A DNA stretch of 64,000 nucleotides from Acidimicrobiales bacterium (GCA_050015255.1 JBEKBT010000002.1:13545-77544); one strand, 5' to 3'; positions 26,912 through 36,469 are shown, counted from the stretch's first letter. The notes: generated from the sequence alone by a model not told the origin. Numbers and translations are program-made.

Positions 26912-28105
26912 ATGACTCTCGTAATTGTCCTTGTCGCCGTCGCCGTCGTCTTGCTCGCCTCAGGTGGGCTCGTGATCAGCAAGCGCACGCGCCGGCGTCG
27001 CTCGGCACCCCCGGGCTCTGGCGCCTCTCGAGTCGGGACCACCCCGGCACCGCCCGCCGGGACCACCCCGGCACCGCCCGCCGGGACGCCGGCGCCGCCC
27101 CCTGCCCCCCCGGCCCCTGTGCCCGCACCGCCGCAGGCCGAGGTGACCCCTGCCCCCGCGGCGGCGGATAGCAGCACCCAGCTCGGGGAACAACTGGCTC
27201 GCCCGGCGCTCAAGGACAGGCTCGGGCGCGCCCGGGGCCTGCTGGCCGGCTACCTCGACCAGGTTCGCGGCCGCAAGAACATCGACGAGGCGACCTTCGA
27301 GGAGCTTGAGGAGGCGCTCATCCTCGCCGATGTCGGCATCACGACGACGACACGGATCCTCGACGACCTCCGGGCGAAACTGCGCTCTGGCGCCCTGCCT
27401 GCGACGGATCCCTCCGCCCTCCTCCAGGCCCTGCAGGCCGACCTGGTCTCGATGTTCGAGGGCGACGATGAATCGCTTTCCTTCGGCCAAGGCGACGGGC
27501 CGACGGTGTGGCTCTTCGTCGGGGTGAACGGGGTCGGCAAGACGACGACGATCGGCAAACTCGCCTTGCAGGAGACCCGGGCCGGGCGGACAGTTGTCCT
27601 GGCGGCCGGCGACACCTTTCGGGCAGCCGCAGGAGAGCAGCTCGAGTCCTGGGCCGAGCGCGCTGGGGCACGGATCGTCCGGGGCTCCGACGGGGCGGAC
27701 CCCTCGTCGGTGATCTTCGACGCCGTCCAGCACGCGGCCTCCCGGGGGGCGGATCTCGTGCTGGCGGACACCGCCGGGCGCCTGCACACCAAGGTGAACC
27801 TGATGGACGAGCTGCGCAAGGTGCGCCGCGTCGCGGAGCGGCCCCCGGGACAGTTGACCGAGGTGCTTCTCGTGCTTGACGCCACGACGGGCCAGAACGG
27901 TGTGGTCCAGGCACGCCAGTTCACGGAGGCTGTCGGGGTGACGGGCATCATCCTCACCAAGCTCGATGGCACGGCCAAGGGCGGGGTGGTCCTGGCCATC
28001 CGGTCCGAGCTCGGTCTGCCGATCAAGCTCGTCGGGGTCGGGGAAGGGCCAGGGGATCTGGTGCCGTTTGACCCGGTGGAGTTCGTGGCGGCCCTCTTTG
28101 GATGA
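26912..28105 (+). CDS. ftsY: signal recognition particle receptor FtsY
   Basis: 397 aa. N-terminal TM anchor, a Pro-rich repeat, and an NG domain (GVNGVGKTTTIGKLA, DTAGR, TKLDGTAKGG). Confidence 0.95.
   Translation: MTLVIVLVAVAVVLLASGGLVISKRTRRRRSAPPGSGASRVGTTPAPPAGTTPAPPAGTPAPPPAPPAPVPAPPQAEVTPAPAAADSSTQLGEQLARPALKDRLGRARGLLAGYLDQVRGRKNIDEATFEELEEALILADVGITTTTRILDDLRAKLRSGALPATDPSALLQALQADLVSMFEGDDESLSFGQGDGPTVWLFVGVNGVGKTTTIGKLALQETRAGRTVVLAAGDTFRAAAGEQLESWAERAGARIVRGSDGADPSSVIFDAVQHAASRGADLVLADTAGRLHTKVNLMDELRKVRRVAERPPGQLTEVLLVLDATTGQNGVVQARQFTEAVGVTGIILTKLDGTAKGGVVLAIRSELGLPIKLVGVGEGPGDLVPFDPVEFVAALFG
27035..27082 (+). repeat. perfect 24-nt tandem duplication inside ftsY (encodes GTTPAPPA x2)
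   Basis: gggaccaccccggcaccgcccgcc occurs twice back-to-back (27035-27058, 27059-27082). Confidence 0.9.
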
Positions 28106-28166
28106 CCGAGGTGCCCGTCGCCGCCCACCGTGCGCGCGTCGTAGCCCGACTAACCTGGTCTAGCCC

Positions 28167-29567
28167 ATGTTTGACACCCTGACTGATCGTTTCGACGCAA
28201 TCCTCACGCGCCTTCGTGGCCGCGGGCGACTCGGTGACGCCGAGGTCAACGAGGTTCTCCGCGAGATCCGAGTCGCACTCTTGGAAGCCGACGTCAACCT
28301 CGCCGTCGCCCAGGACCTCATAGGGCGGATCCGTGCTCGCTGCACGGGGGCGGAGCTTGCCAAGTACCTCACCCCTGCCCAGCAGGTCATCAAGGTGGTC
28401 GACGAGGAGCTGACCGCCACCTTGGGCGGTGAGGCGCTCAAGATCACCTACGCATCGAAGCCGCCGACCGTCGTGCTTCTCGCCGGCCTTCAAGGCTCCG
28501 GCAAGACGACCGCGTCCGCGAAGCTGGCGCGCTGGTTCCGCCAGCAGGGACGCCATCCCTACCTGATCGGCGCCGACCTGCAGCGCCCGGCGGCCGTGGA
28601 GCAGCTGCGGGTGCTAGGAGCCGAGATCGGCGTTGGAGTTTTCTCTGAGCCGACCGATCCGGTAACTGTCGCCCGCCGCGGGCTGGCCGAGGCAGAGCGT
28701 CTCGGGCGTGACGTCGTCATCGTCGACACTGCGGGCCGTCTCGCCATCGACCGGGAGCTGATGGACGAGGTGCGCCGGGTGTCCGCGACAGTGCGCCCGG
28801 ACTACACTTTCTTCGTCGTCGATGCGATGACCGGCCAAGATGCCGTCCAGACCGCAGAGGCCTTCCACCAGGCGCTGCAGCTCGACGGCATCATCTTGAC
28901 CAAGGTGGATGGCGACGCCCGTGGCGGCGCCGCCCTCTCGGTCAAACAGGTCGTGGGTCGACCCATCGCCTTCTTGTCGACCGGGGAACGGCTCGCGGAC
29001 TTCGAGGTGTTCCATCCTGACCGGCTCGCCAGCCGGATCCTCGGGATGGGTGACGTGCTCAGCCTCATCGAGAAGGCTGAGCACGAGTACGACGAGGAGG
29101 TAGCCGGTCAGGCCCTCGAGCGACTGCAGTCAGGACGGTTCACCCTCGACGACTTTCTCGACCAGCTCCGGCAGATAAAGAAGATGGGCCCGCTCACCGG
29201 CCTGTTGTCGATGATGCCCGGCATTCCCAAGGAGATGCGTGACGCTAAGGTCGACGAGCGCGACGTCGGCAAGGTCGAGGCGATCATCTGCTCGATGACA
29301 CCCCTCGAGCGGGCCGACCCGGCGGTGCTCGACGGTTCGCGCCGTCTCAGGATCGCCCACGGGAGTGGCACGTCTACGACCGAGGTCAACAATCTCCTGC
29401 GCCAGTTCAAGGAGATGCAGAAGATGATGCGGGGCGTTGGGCCGATGGCCAAGCTCGCCGGCGCCGGGCGCCCCGCCAACAAGGCCAAGCCCACCAAGGG
29501 CAACCGCAAGAAAGTCAAGGGCGGTCGAGTCACCCCGTCCTCCAAGGGCCTCGGCCCGGCCCGCTAG
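28167..29567 (+). CDS. ffh: signal recognition particle protein Ffh
   Basis: 466 aa. [52 protein letters not shown], and an M domain with Met-rich segments. Confidence 0.95.
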   Translation: MFDTLTDRFDAILTRLRGRGRLGDAEVNEVLREIRVALLEADVNLAVAQDLIGRIRARCTGAELAKYLTPAQQVIKVVDEELTATLGGEALKITYASKPPTVVLLAGLQGSGKTTASAKLARWFRQQGRHPYLIGADLQRPAAVEQLRVLGAEIGVGVFSEPTDPVTVARRGLAEAERLGRDVVIVDTAGRLAIDRELMDEVRRVSATVRPDYTFFVVDAMTGQDAVQTAEAFHQALQLDGIILTKVDGDARGGAALSVKQVVGRPIAFLSTGERLADFEVFHPDRLASRILGMGDVLSLIEKAEHEYDEEVAGQALERLQSGRFTLDDFLDQLRQIKKMGPLTGLLSMMPGIPKEMRDAKVDERDVGKVEAIICSMTPLERADPAVLDGSRRLRIAHGSGTSTTEVNNLLRQFKEMQKMMRGVGPMAKLAGAGRPANKAKPTKGNRKKVKGGRVTPSSKGLGPAR

Positions 29568-29599
29568 TTGTCTCCACCACGAAAGAAGGAAGAAACCCC

Positions 29600-30046
29600 G
29601 TGACCGTCAAGCTCCGCCTCATGCGCATGGGCAAGAAGAAGCAACCCACCTATCGTGTTGTCGTGGCCGACAGCCGTTCGCCTCGCGACGGGCGGTTCAT
29701 AGAGGCCGTCGGTACCTACGAGCCCCGCATGGACCCGTCCACCATCGAGATCGACAACGACCGTGTGCTTGGCTGGCTGGCCAAAGGCGCTCAACCCACC
29801 GAGACCGTACGCAAGTTGCTCGTCATCTCGGGAGCCTGGGAGCAGTTCGCGTCGACCCGCCCGCCCAGGCAGGCCTCACATCGCTACGCGCGGCCCGGTC
29901 GCGCCACCGCACCTGGCAAGAAGGCACCTGGCAAGCAGGCGCCCGCCAAGAAAGCGGCCGTCGCCAAGGCTCCCGCAGGCAAAGCACCGGCCACTGCGAT
30001 CCCCGCCGCGGACGCTGCCGCTGGCGACGCCGAAGCCGAAAGCTGA
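29600..30046 (+). CDS. rpsP: 30S ribosomal protein S16 with Lys/Ala/Pro-rich C-terminal tail
   Basis: 148 aa. (M)[41 protein letters not shown], then an AKKA/APGK low-complexity tail. Confidence 0.95.
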   Translation: MTVKLRLMRMGKKKQPTYRVVVADSRSPRDGRFIEAVGTYEPRMDPSTIEIDNDRVLGWLAKGAQPTETVRKLLVISGAWEQFASTRPPRQASHRYARPGRATAPGKKAPGKQAPAKKAAVAKAPAGKAPATAIPAADAAAGDAEAES

Positions 30047-30054
30047 ACATCGAG

Positions 30055-30591
30055 ATGACCGACACCGGAAGCAACCCCTTCGCAGAGCCTGACTTCAGTG
30101 CTCTGCACACCTCGGGCGCCGCACAGGCGCCGGGCGAGGATTACAACAACGACGACGAGCTCGAGGAGGAGTTCGACGACGAGCTCGAGGAGGACGACGA
30201 CCTCGAAGAGGACGAGCTCGACGAGGAAGACGAGCTCGACGAGGAAGACGAGCGCGACGAGCTCGAGAGCACCGGCGAGCTCGCCAGACAAGGCTCTCTC
30301 GTGGAGGCGCGCGACGAGGTCGACGAGGACTACGCCGGCAACCGGATGACGGGCGGCACCGCACGATCGGTCCTCGAGCATGTCGCCCGCTCCATCGTGG
30401 ATGATCCTGAGGGCGTGGCGGTCGACGTCACCGAGACCCGTAGTGGCATTCACCTCTCCCTTCATGTCGCTCAAGGTGACATGGGTCGGATCATCGGCCG
30501 CCGTGGGCGCACCGCTCAGGCGCTCCGCACCCTCGTGCGAGCCGCCGCGGCCCGTGACAGCCAGGAGGCGTCGGTCGACATCGTCGACTGA
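30055..30591 (+). CDS. KH-domain RNA-binding protein (YlqC family) with ~100 aa polyacidic N-terminal extension
   Basis: In frame within track ORF 29437..30591, from ATG 30055. C-terminal LEHVARSIVDDPEGVAVDVTETRSGIHLSLHVAQGDMGRIIGRRGRTAQALRTLV is the KH fold. The N-terminus is DDELEEEFDDELEEDDDLEEDELDEEDELDEEDERDELE. Confidence 0.85.
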   Translation: MTDTGSNPFAEPDFSALHTSGAAQAPGEDYNNDDELEEEFDDELEEDDDLEEDELDEEDELDEEDERDELESTGELARQGSLVEARDEVDEDYAGNRMTGGTARSVLEHVARSIVDDPEGVAVDVTETRSGIHLSLHVAQGDMGRIIGRRGRTAQALRTLVRAAAARDSQEASVDIVD

Positions 30592-30598
30592 GGACGAA

Positions 30599-31162
30599 AT
30601 GGCGCCGCGGTCCGGTGGTGACGGCAACGTGCGGCCACTTCTCGAGGTGGGCCGGATCGCCCGGCCGCATGGGCTGGTCGGCGAGGTCGTGGTCGCGCTC
30701 GTCACGAACCGTACCGAGCGACTTGCTCCGGGAGCCGAGCTGACGTGCTACCCCTCCGCGCCGTCGGGCCTGCCTGGCGCCGTCACTTCGTCCCCCACCC
30801 GAGGCACGGCGCCCTCTCCGAATGCCCGGATCCTCAAAGTGCGCAGCTCCCGGCCTTTTCAGGGGCGGTACCTGGTCCAGTTCGAGGGGGTTCACACTCG
30901 CGAAGCCGCTGACGAGCTTCGCGATGCGCTCCTCGTCGCGCCGGTGTTCGAAGACCCTGAAGCGCTCTTCGTGCACGATCTCGTCGGCCGCGAGGTCGTC
31001 GAGATCGACGGGACGCGACGGGGGACCGTGGTCGCAGTGCAGGCGAACCCCGCGAGCGATCTTCTGGTCATGGAGGACGGGAATCTGGTCCCGCTGAGGT
31101 TCGTGCTCGGTCGGGAGGAGGGACGGCTCGTGGTCGACGTGCCGGCGGGGTTGTTCGATTGA
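30599..31162 (+). CDS. rimM: ribosome maturation factor RimM
   Basis: In frame within track ORF 30380..31162, from ATG 30599. LEVGRIARPHGLVGEVVV..., a PRC-barrel C-terminus (LVGREVVEIDGTRRGTVVAVQANPASDLLVME). Contains a Pro/Ser-rich insertion. Confidence 0.9.
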   Translation: MAPRSGGDGNVRPLLEVGRIARPHGLVGEVVVALVTNRTERLAPGAELTCYPSAPSGLPGAVTSSPTRGTAPSPNARILKVRSSRPFQGRYLVQFEGVHTREAADELRDALLVAPVFEDPEALFVHDLVGREVVEIDGTRRGTVVAVQANPASDLLVMEDGNLVPLRFVLGREEGRLVVDVPAGLFD

Positions 31163-32091
31163 GCGAGGCGAGCCTGCCGGCGAGGCCGGCCCCGCCCGAG
31201 ACCGCTCCCGCCGCCGCGCCGTCGGAGACGACGACGGCCCTGCGCATAGACGTGTTCTCGATCTTTCCCGAGGTGGTCGACGCCTACTGCACGACGAGTG
31301 TCGTCGGGCGGGCACGGCGAGACGGGCTCGTGGAGCTGCGCGTCCACGACCTGCGCGCGGCGGCGACCGATCCGCATCGCAGCGTGGACGACGCGCCCTT
31401 CGGCGGCGGGGCGGGCATGGTGCTGGCTCCGGCACCGGTCTTTGCCGCTGTCGAGCTCGTCGACCCGCCGCGCCCGTTGTACCTGCTCGCACCGGGCGGG
31501 CGGCGCTTCGACCAGGAAGTGGCGGCGGAGCTCGCCGGACTCGAACGCTCCGCCGGGGGCGCCGCGCCGCCGGCGTTCTCACTCCTCTGCGGGCGCTATG
31601 AGGGTGTGGACCAGCGCATCGCCGACCACCTCGTCGACGGTGAGCTTTCCATAGGGGACTTCGTGCTCGCCGGCGGGGAGCTGGCGGCCCTCGTCGTCAT
31701 CGAAGCCACCGTCAGGCTCGTCCCAGGGGTGCTCGGCAATGATGCCTCCGCAGGCGACGAGAGCTTCACGACGGGCCTCTTGGAGTACCCGCAGTACACG
31801 CGGCCTGCCGTGTTTCGGGGCTGGGGGGTCCCAGAAGTCCTGCGTAGGGGCGATCACGGCCGGGTCGAGCGCTGGCGCAGGGCGGCGGCGCTCTGGCGCA
31901 CGCTCGAGCTCCGGCCCGACCTGTTGGACGCCCGGGGCGGTCTCTCGGGGGACGAGGTGCGCCTCCTCGTCGAGCACGGCTATCCTCTAGGTGCCCACGG
32001 AACGGGACGAGCCGAACGGTCGGACGCCGCGTCCGGCAAGCGGCAGGGTGCCAGCGACCCGTCCGATCGCCTCGAGGAGCGTGACCTTTGA
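31159..32091 (+). CDS. trmD: tRNA (guanine37-N1)-methyltransferase TrmD
   Basis: 310 aa. TTG 31159 overlaps the rimM stop. [53 protein letters not shown]. Has N- and C-terminal extensions. Confidence 0.9.
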   Translation: MSEASLPARPAPPETAPAAAPSETTTALRIDVFSIFPEVVDAYCTTSVVGRARRDGLVELRVHDLRAAATDPHRSVDDAPFGGGAGMVLAPAPVFAAVELVDPPRPLYLLAPGGRRFDQEVAAELAGLERSAGGAAPPAFSLLCGRYEGVDQRIADHLVDGELSIGDFVLAGGELAALVVIEATVRLVPGVLGNDASAGDESFTTGLLEYPQYTRPAVFRGWGVPEVLRRGDHGRVERWRRAAALWRTLELRPDLLDARGGLSGDEVRLLVEHGYPLGAHGTGRAERSDAASGKRQGASDPSDRLEERDL

Positions 32092-32441
32092 TGAACCCGA
32101 CCGACCTGATCGATCGCGAGAGCCTTCGCGACGACATTCCCGACTTCCGCCCCGGCGACACCTTGAAGGTGCACGTGCGCGTCGTCGAAGGCAACAGGGA
32201 ACGGGTGCAGGTCTTTCAGGGCGCCGCCATCCGCCGTCAGGGCTCGGGCATCCGCGAGACCTTCACGGTGCGCAAGGTGAGCTTCGGCGTCGGTGTCGAG
32301 CGCACATTCCCGGTCCACTCGCCGATCATCGCCAAGATCGAGCGGATCACCGAAGGCGATGTCCGCCGGGCGAAGCTGTACTACCTGCGCGATCGTGCGG
32401 GCAAGGCTGCCAAGATCAAGGAGAAGCGCGACGTCCGCTGA
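32091..32441 (+). CDS. rplS: 50S ribosomal protein L19
   Basis: Track ORF 32088..32441. ATG 32091 overlaps the trmD stop. [44 protein letters not shown]...RRAKLYYLR. Confidence 0.95.
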   Translation: MNPTDLIDRESLRDDIPDFRPGDTLKVHVRVVEGNRERVQVFQGAAIRRQGSGIRETFTVRKVSFGVGVERTFPVHSPIIAKIERITEGDVRRAKLYYLRDRAGKAAKIKEKRDVR

Positions 32442-32538
32442 GCTGCGGTGCGAGGTTGGTCGTTATGGCCGTGTTTGAGCCTTTCGAGCGCTCCGGAGTG
32501 CACTTTCAGCCTGTCGCTGACCTGCCAGGGAGGCGGCC

Positions 32539-32835
32539 ATGAGCGCCGAAGAGGATCTCGACCAGTTCGAGGCCGAGGTGGAGCTCGAGCTCTACCGGGA
32601 GTACCGCGCCGTGTACCCGATGTTCCGCTACGTCGTCGAGACCGAGCGCCGCTTCTACCTGGCCAACAACGTCAAGGTCACCCCGAAGTCAGGGCCTGGT
32701 GCCACCTACTTCGAGGTCGAGCTCACTGATGCGTGGGTCTGGGACATGTACCGCCAGGCGCGCTTCGTGTCGTCGGTGCACGTTGTCACCTACAAAGACG
32801 TGAACGTGGAGGAACGGCCCGAAGACGAGGTCTGA
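32539..32835 (+). CDS. DUF2469 family protein
   Basis: 98 aa. MSAEEDLDQFEAEVELELYREYRAVYPMFRYVVETERRFYLAN... is a pattern conserved in actinobacteria upstream of yraN. GGGAGG SD upstream. Confidence 0.85.
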   Translation: MSAEEDLDQFEAEVELELYREYRAVYPMFRYVVETERRFYLANNVKVTPKSGPGATYFEVELTDAWVWDMYRQARFVSSVHVVTYKDVNVEERPEDEV

Positions 32836-33185
32836 TGGCGCCTTCCCCCGGTGGCTCGCGCCTGGGACGACTGGGTGAGGACGCAGCCGGCGCCTGGTAC
32901 CTCGCGCAGGGCTACGACGTCGTCCAGCGCAACTGGAGCTGTCGCAGCGGTGAGATCGACCTCATCTGCCGGCGCGGGCGCGTCCTTGTCATCTGCGAGG
33001 TGAAGACGAGGAGCGGCAACGAGTTCGGCTCTCCCTTCGAGGCCATCACCTCAGCGAAACGTCGTCGTCTTCGCCGTCTTGCCACGCTCTACCTCCTGGA
33101 GGCGGCACCGGGCACGACGATGGTGCGCTTCGATGTGGCCGCGGTGACAGTCGGCCGCGTGGAGGTGCTGGAGAACGCGTTCTGA
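32835..33185 (+). CDS. yraN: YraN family (UPF0102) endonuclease-like protein
   Basis: In frame within track ORF 32733..33185. ATG 32835 overlaps the upstream stop. GEDAAGAWYLAQGYDVVQRNWSCRSGEIDLICRRGRVLVICEVKTR... Confidence 0.85.
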   Translation: MAPSPGGSRLGRLGEDAAGAWYLAQGYDVVQRNWSCRSGEIDLICRRGRVLVICEVKTRSGNEFGSPFEAITSAKRRRLRRLATLYLLEAAPGTTMVRFDVAAVTVGRVEVLENAF

Positions 33186-33207
33186 CCCGCCGGGCGAGAC
33201 CCGGTCC

Positions 33208-33549
33208 TCAGCGCCCGGTCGGCCGCCTGCGCTCCCGATGTTCCCAACAAGGCGAGTGCCAGTGACGCCTGCTGGCAGGGTCTGACAACGGCACGATGAC
33301 GATATGGCCGGTCCCGGGCCAGATCTCCTGGTTGCACCCCGGGCAGATGTAGGTCTTGTCCGCCTGATAGGGCTGGATGCGGCGGATCTCGGCCGTGCCC
33401 AGCCCCATCGGGTCTTCTACGAACGAGTCCGTGCCGGTGCCTGCCCGACCGGCCACGCCGCCTCCAGTGCCACCGCGGGTCCTGCGCCCGCCAGGGCGCC
33501 CCGTCGTGGCCTCATCTCGCGACTGGCGGTCGGGGAAGCGTCGGGGCAT
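33208..33549 (-). CDS. zinc-ribbon protein with Arg/Gly-rich N-terminus (hypothetical)
   Basis: C-terminal part of track ORF 33208..34098. Conserved-looking core MGLGTAEIRRIQPYQADKTYICPGCNQEIWPGTGHIVIVPLSDPASRRHWHSPCWEHR (CPGC ... H..C). Start is either ATG 33549 (113 aa) or ATG 33408 (66 aa). Confidence 0.55.
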   Translation of the reverse strand: MPRRFPDRQSRDEATTGRPGGRRTRGGTGGGVAGRAGTGTDSFVEDPMGLGTAEIRRIQPYQADKTYICPGCNQEIWPGTGHIVIVPLSDPASRRHWHSPCWEHRERRRPTGR

Positions 33550-33719
33550 ACCACTGATTGTTACAGGCCTGCGTGGCCCGCCCGCTCGACGAGCCCCCTC
33601 GACCCCTCTGCTTGCGTTCCCCCATCTCCCACCGTCGCCAGCTGACGAGGCGACCTTGGCAAGACACCGCGAGAGCGCGGAGTTGCCCTTGCGCGCTTTG
33701 CTGTCGCCCATCCCGACGC

Positions 33720-34499
33720 TCAGTGTGCAAACAGATGCCAGCCGGCGTAGGTCCAGGCCACTACTAGGAAGACTCGGACTCCCACCGGTCGGGAGATGAA
33801 GCGCAGCAGCTCCTCGAAGGTGGCGATCCGGCCCGCCGACCGCCGCGCCACCAGATCTATGCCAGCGGCGCAGACGAGCACGCCTATCCAGAACGCCACG
33901 CCTACGGCTCGGCTGCGGCCCTCGAGGAGCGCCAGTGGGGGCACGAGGTGCCGAGCCAGCCACCCCGAACCGAGTGCAGTTCCGGCCGCGCTCGCCACCG
34001 GAGACCTTCCAGCTTCGCCGCCGTGGATCCGCGGCGGGGTCGGACTCGCCGGTGAGCGTGCCCGGGCCACGGCGAAGTACACCCCGATGTCCATCCACAC
34101 CGCCAGCATGGCGGCGCGAACGAGGCGAAACGCCAAGGTCAGGGCGCTGATGGTCAGGTGCGGCTCATGGGGGCCGGTGTCGAGACCGAGAACTTCCCAG
34201 GCCAGAACCACCACCGAGAGTGCGAGCCACGGAGCCGTTCCCGCCAGCGCCGGGCCGGCCCCTCCCCGCCCGGGGCGGGGCCACGACGGCTGGTCCGCCT
34301 CGATGCGCCAGCCGAGTCGGTGCCCGCTTCTTCCCAGGTAGACGGCGAGGTCGGCCACAAGCACGGCGAAGAGCGATACGAGCCAGGCGCACTGCCCGGC
34401 GCGGGTTCCCGGCCGGAAGCCGCTGGCCCACCCGCACCAGGCCAGGGCGAGTGCGCCCAGGAGCCAGGCGAGTCCTCGGCGCAGTGCCACGTCCACCAT
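33720..34499 (-). CDS. hypothetical integral membrane protein
   Basis: 259 aa with about 6 hydrophobic helices (LAWLLGALALAWCGW, WLVSLFAVLVADLAVYL, WLALSVVVLAWEVLGL, AMLAVWMDIGVYFAV, VAFWIGVLVCAAGIDLV, VFLVVAWTYAGWHLF). No family recognised. Confidence 0.6.
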   Translation of the reverse strand: MVDVALRRGLAWLLGALALAWCGWASGFRPGTRAGQCAWLVSLFAVLVADLAVYLGRSGHRLGWRIEADQPSWPRPGRGGAGPALAGTAPWLALSVVVLAWEVLGLDTGPHEPHLTISALTLAFRLVRAAMLAVWMDIGVYFAVARARSPASPTPPRIHGGEAGRSPVASAAGTALGSGWLARHLVPPLALLEGRSRAVGVAFWIGVLVCAAGIDLVARRSAGRIATFEELLRFISRPVGVRVFLVVAWTYAGWHLFAH

Positions 34500-34560
34500 C
34501 CTGGCGCGCCAACCCGCTCCGGGGCTTGGTCGTCACCGGCGTGGTTTGTTGTCGGGACCG

Positions 34561-35745
34561 CTAACTCGCACCTCGGGGCGGGAACTTCGCCAGATAGGGT
34601 CCGGACGGCGCGAAGTAGACCTTGGCGAGCTCAACCGGCCGGTAGTCATGGCCGTAGAGCGACCAAGGTGAGTAGACGATCCACCAGCCCTGTGCATCGC
34701 GGAACAGTGACTCTTCACCGGGCCCGCTGCCTTGGGAGTTCGCGCTGAGCCAGGGACGTGCTGAGGTCGCTTTGCACGGCCCGGCCGGTCCTGCGCAAGT
34801 TGCCACTCCGATCGAGTAACCGGGTCCGTTGAACCACGAGCCCGAGTAGAAGAGCCAGTAGGTTCGCTCGGCGTAGACCATGTCGGGCGCTTCGATCAGG
34901 CCACCGTTCCAGATGTGCCGGCTCCCGCTCATGAGCAGGTGCCTGGCTCCTATGAGCTGCTCACCGTTCCTCGACAGCTCTTGCGACCACAGATGCGTCG
35001 GGGGCGATCCTGGGCTGGCGTTGTCGTCTGACTTCCAATCGAGGTAGAGCTGGCCGTTCGGGGCGACGAAGGTCCGCGGGTCGATCGCACCGTGATGATT
35101 GAACTGGCAGACAAGTGGCGGGCCCGCCACCGGGGTGAACGGACCGGCGGGTTCTTTCGCCGTGGCGACGCCGACGCACTGGGCGCGCTGGGCGAACCCG
35201 GTCTCGTCGGCTTGGAAGTACATGGATTCTTCGGCCCAGGCGTCGAAGTACATGACGTACCGCCCGTCGATCAAGCGGACGTCGGGTGCCCAGGTGAAGC
35301 CCGTCTCGGCCCATGACGGCACGGTCGCAAGGGCCGTGCCGGTCCGGTTCCAGTGGAAAAGGGTCGCTCCGTCGCTCGTCGTCAACGACACCGGGGGCGT
35401 GGCGAACCCGGTCTGGCTCGAATACAGGTAATACCGGCCCTGCAGCTCCACCACCGCCGGGTCCGGCAGGTTGCGGTCGAGGATGAGCACTCCGGGAGCC
35501 GGGGCTTTCGCATGCGGCGGGAGAGAGCGGGGAGCTCTACGCTGAGCTGCGATTTGATAGGCCGCCGCGTGCACCGGTGGGGCGACGCTTGCCCCGACGC
35601 CGAGAGCGTGCTTTGTTGACGCACGGCTCAGCGATGACGTGAGCGCCCCACCGACAGCAAGGATCAGGGCACCTGTGACGGCCACCTTCCACAGGCCCTT
35701 CGCGCGCCGTGGCCTCGGCTGTGAGGTCGCCGGATCCTCCGTCAT
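34561..35745 (-). CDS. glycoside hydrolase family 43-like protein with N-terminal membrane anchor/signal
   Basis: 394 aa. Five-bladed-propeller GH43 hallmarks: LPDPAVVELQGRYYLYSS, WAPDVRLIDGRYVMYF, AIDPRTFVAPNGQLYLDWKSD, LIEAPDMVYAERTYWLFYSG. N-terminal helix WKVAVTGALILAVGGAL. Confidence 0.8.
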   Translation of the reverse strand: MTEDPATSQPRPRRAKGLWKVAVTGALILAVGGALTSSLSRASTKHALGVGASVAPPVHAAAYQIAAQRRAPRSLPPHAKAPAPGVLILDRNLPDPAVVELQGRYYLYSSQTGFATPPVSLTTSDGATLFHWNRTGTALATVPSWAETGFTWAPDVRLIDGRYVMYFDAWAEESMYFQADETGFAQRAQCVGVATAKEPAGPFTPVAGPPLVCQFNHHGAIDPRTFVAPNGQLYLDWKSDDNASPGSPPTHLWSQELSRNGEQLIGARHLLMSGSRHIWNGGLIEAPDMVYAERTYWLFYSGSWFNGPGYSIGVATCAGPAGPCKATSARPWLSANSQGSGPGEESLFRDAQGWWIVYSPWSLYGHDYRPVELAKVYFAPSGPYLAKFPPRGAS

Positions 35746-35899
35746 GGCATCGACATGTTATGTGCTTCCTGGTGCAAGGATGACGCTGATCGAGGCGAGC
35801 ACCCTGGCAGTTTGGAGATTCGCAGGAGGCGTCCGGAAACGCTCGGGGCCTCGAGTCGGCTTTGCGAAACCTGGAGGATTTCCACCAAGGAGGACCACC

Positions 35900-36469
35900 A
35901 TGAAACCGACGCTGCATGACGGCCGACGGCTCGCTGCCGTTGTGGCTCTGGCCTGTGGGGCGATTCTGCTCCCTACGGCCGTCCTGGCCGCCTCCGCAGC
36001 TTTGGCTGCACCGGCCGCGATGGCGACTTGCCGCGCCGCGAACACTGAGGTGTGGGCGGCGGTCGAAGGCAATGGCACCGCCGGCACTACCTACTACGAG
36101 CTGGAGTTCAGCAACATCGGGACCCAGCCCTGCACCTTGCACGGCTTCCCCGACGTATGGGCCGTCAGTGTGGGCGGCACCCAGATAGGTAAGCCCGCAT
36201 GGCACCAAAGCATCGTCCCGAGCACGGTCAAGCTCCAGCCTGGCGCGACCTCGCATGCAATCCTGGGCGTCGAAGACACTGGCGCGGTGTGCCAAGGCCC
36301 GGGCGTTAAGGCGGCAGGGCTGAGGGTCGTCCCGCCCGGCCAGCCGATGCCGGTGGGTGAAGCCGATGAGGTGGAGAACTTCCCCGTGCAGGTCTGCCCG
36401 CACGTCTCGTCGATGAACGTCCGCCCGATCCACTCCGGCACAGGGATCCCCAACTACACGTTCTCCTGA
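35900..36469 (+). CDS. secreted DUF4232 domain protein
   Basis: In frame within track ORF 35639..36469. ATG 35900 lies after AAGGAGG. Signal peptide LAAVVALACGAILLPTAVLAASAALA, then ATCRAANTEVWAAVEGNGTAGTTYYELEFSNIGTQPCTLHGFPDVWAV (the DUF4232 C...G.AG..Y.L.F.N.G...C.L.G.P pattern). Confidence 0.75.
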   Translation: MKPTLHDGRRLAAVVALACGAILLPTAVLAASAALAAPAAMATCRAANTEVWAAVEGNGTAGTTYYELEFSNIGTQPCTLHGFPDVWAVSVGGTQIGKPAWHQSIVPSTVKLQPGATSHAILGVEDTGAVCQGPGVKAAGLRVVPPGQPMPVGEADEVENFPVQVCPHVSSMNVRPIHSGTGIPNYTFS

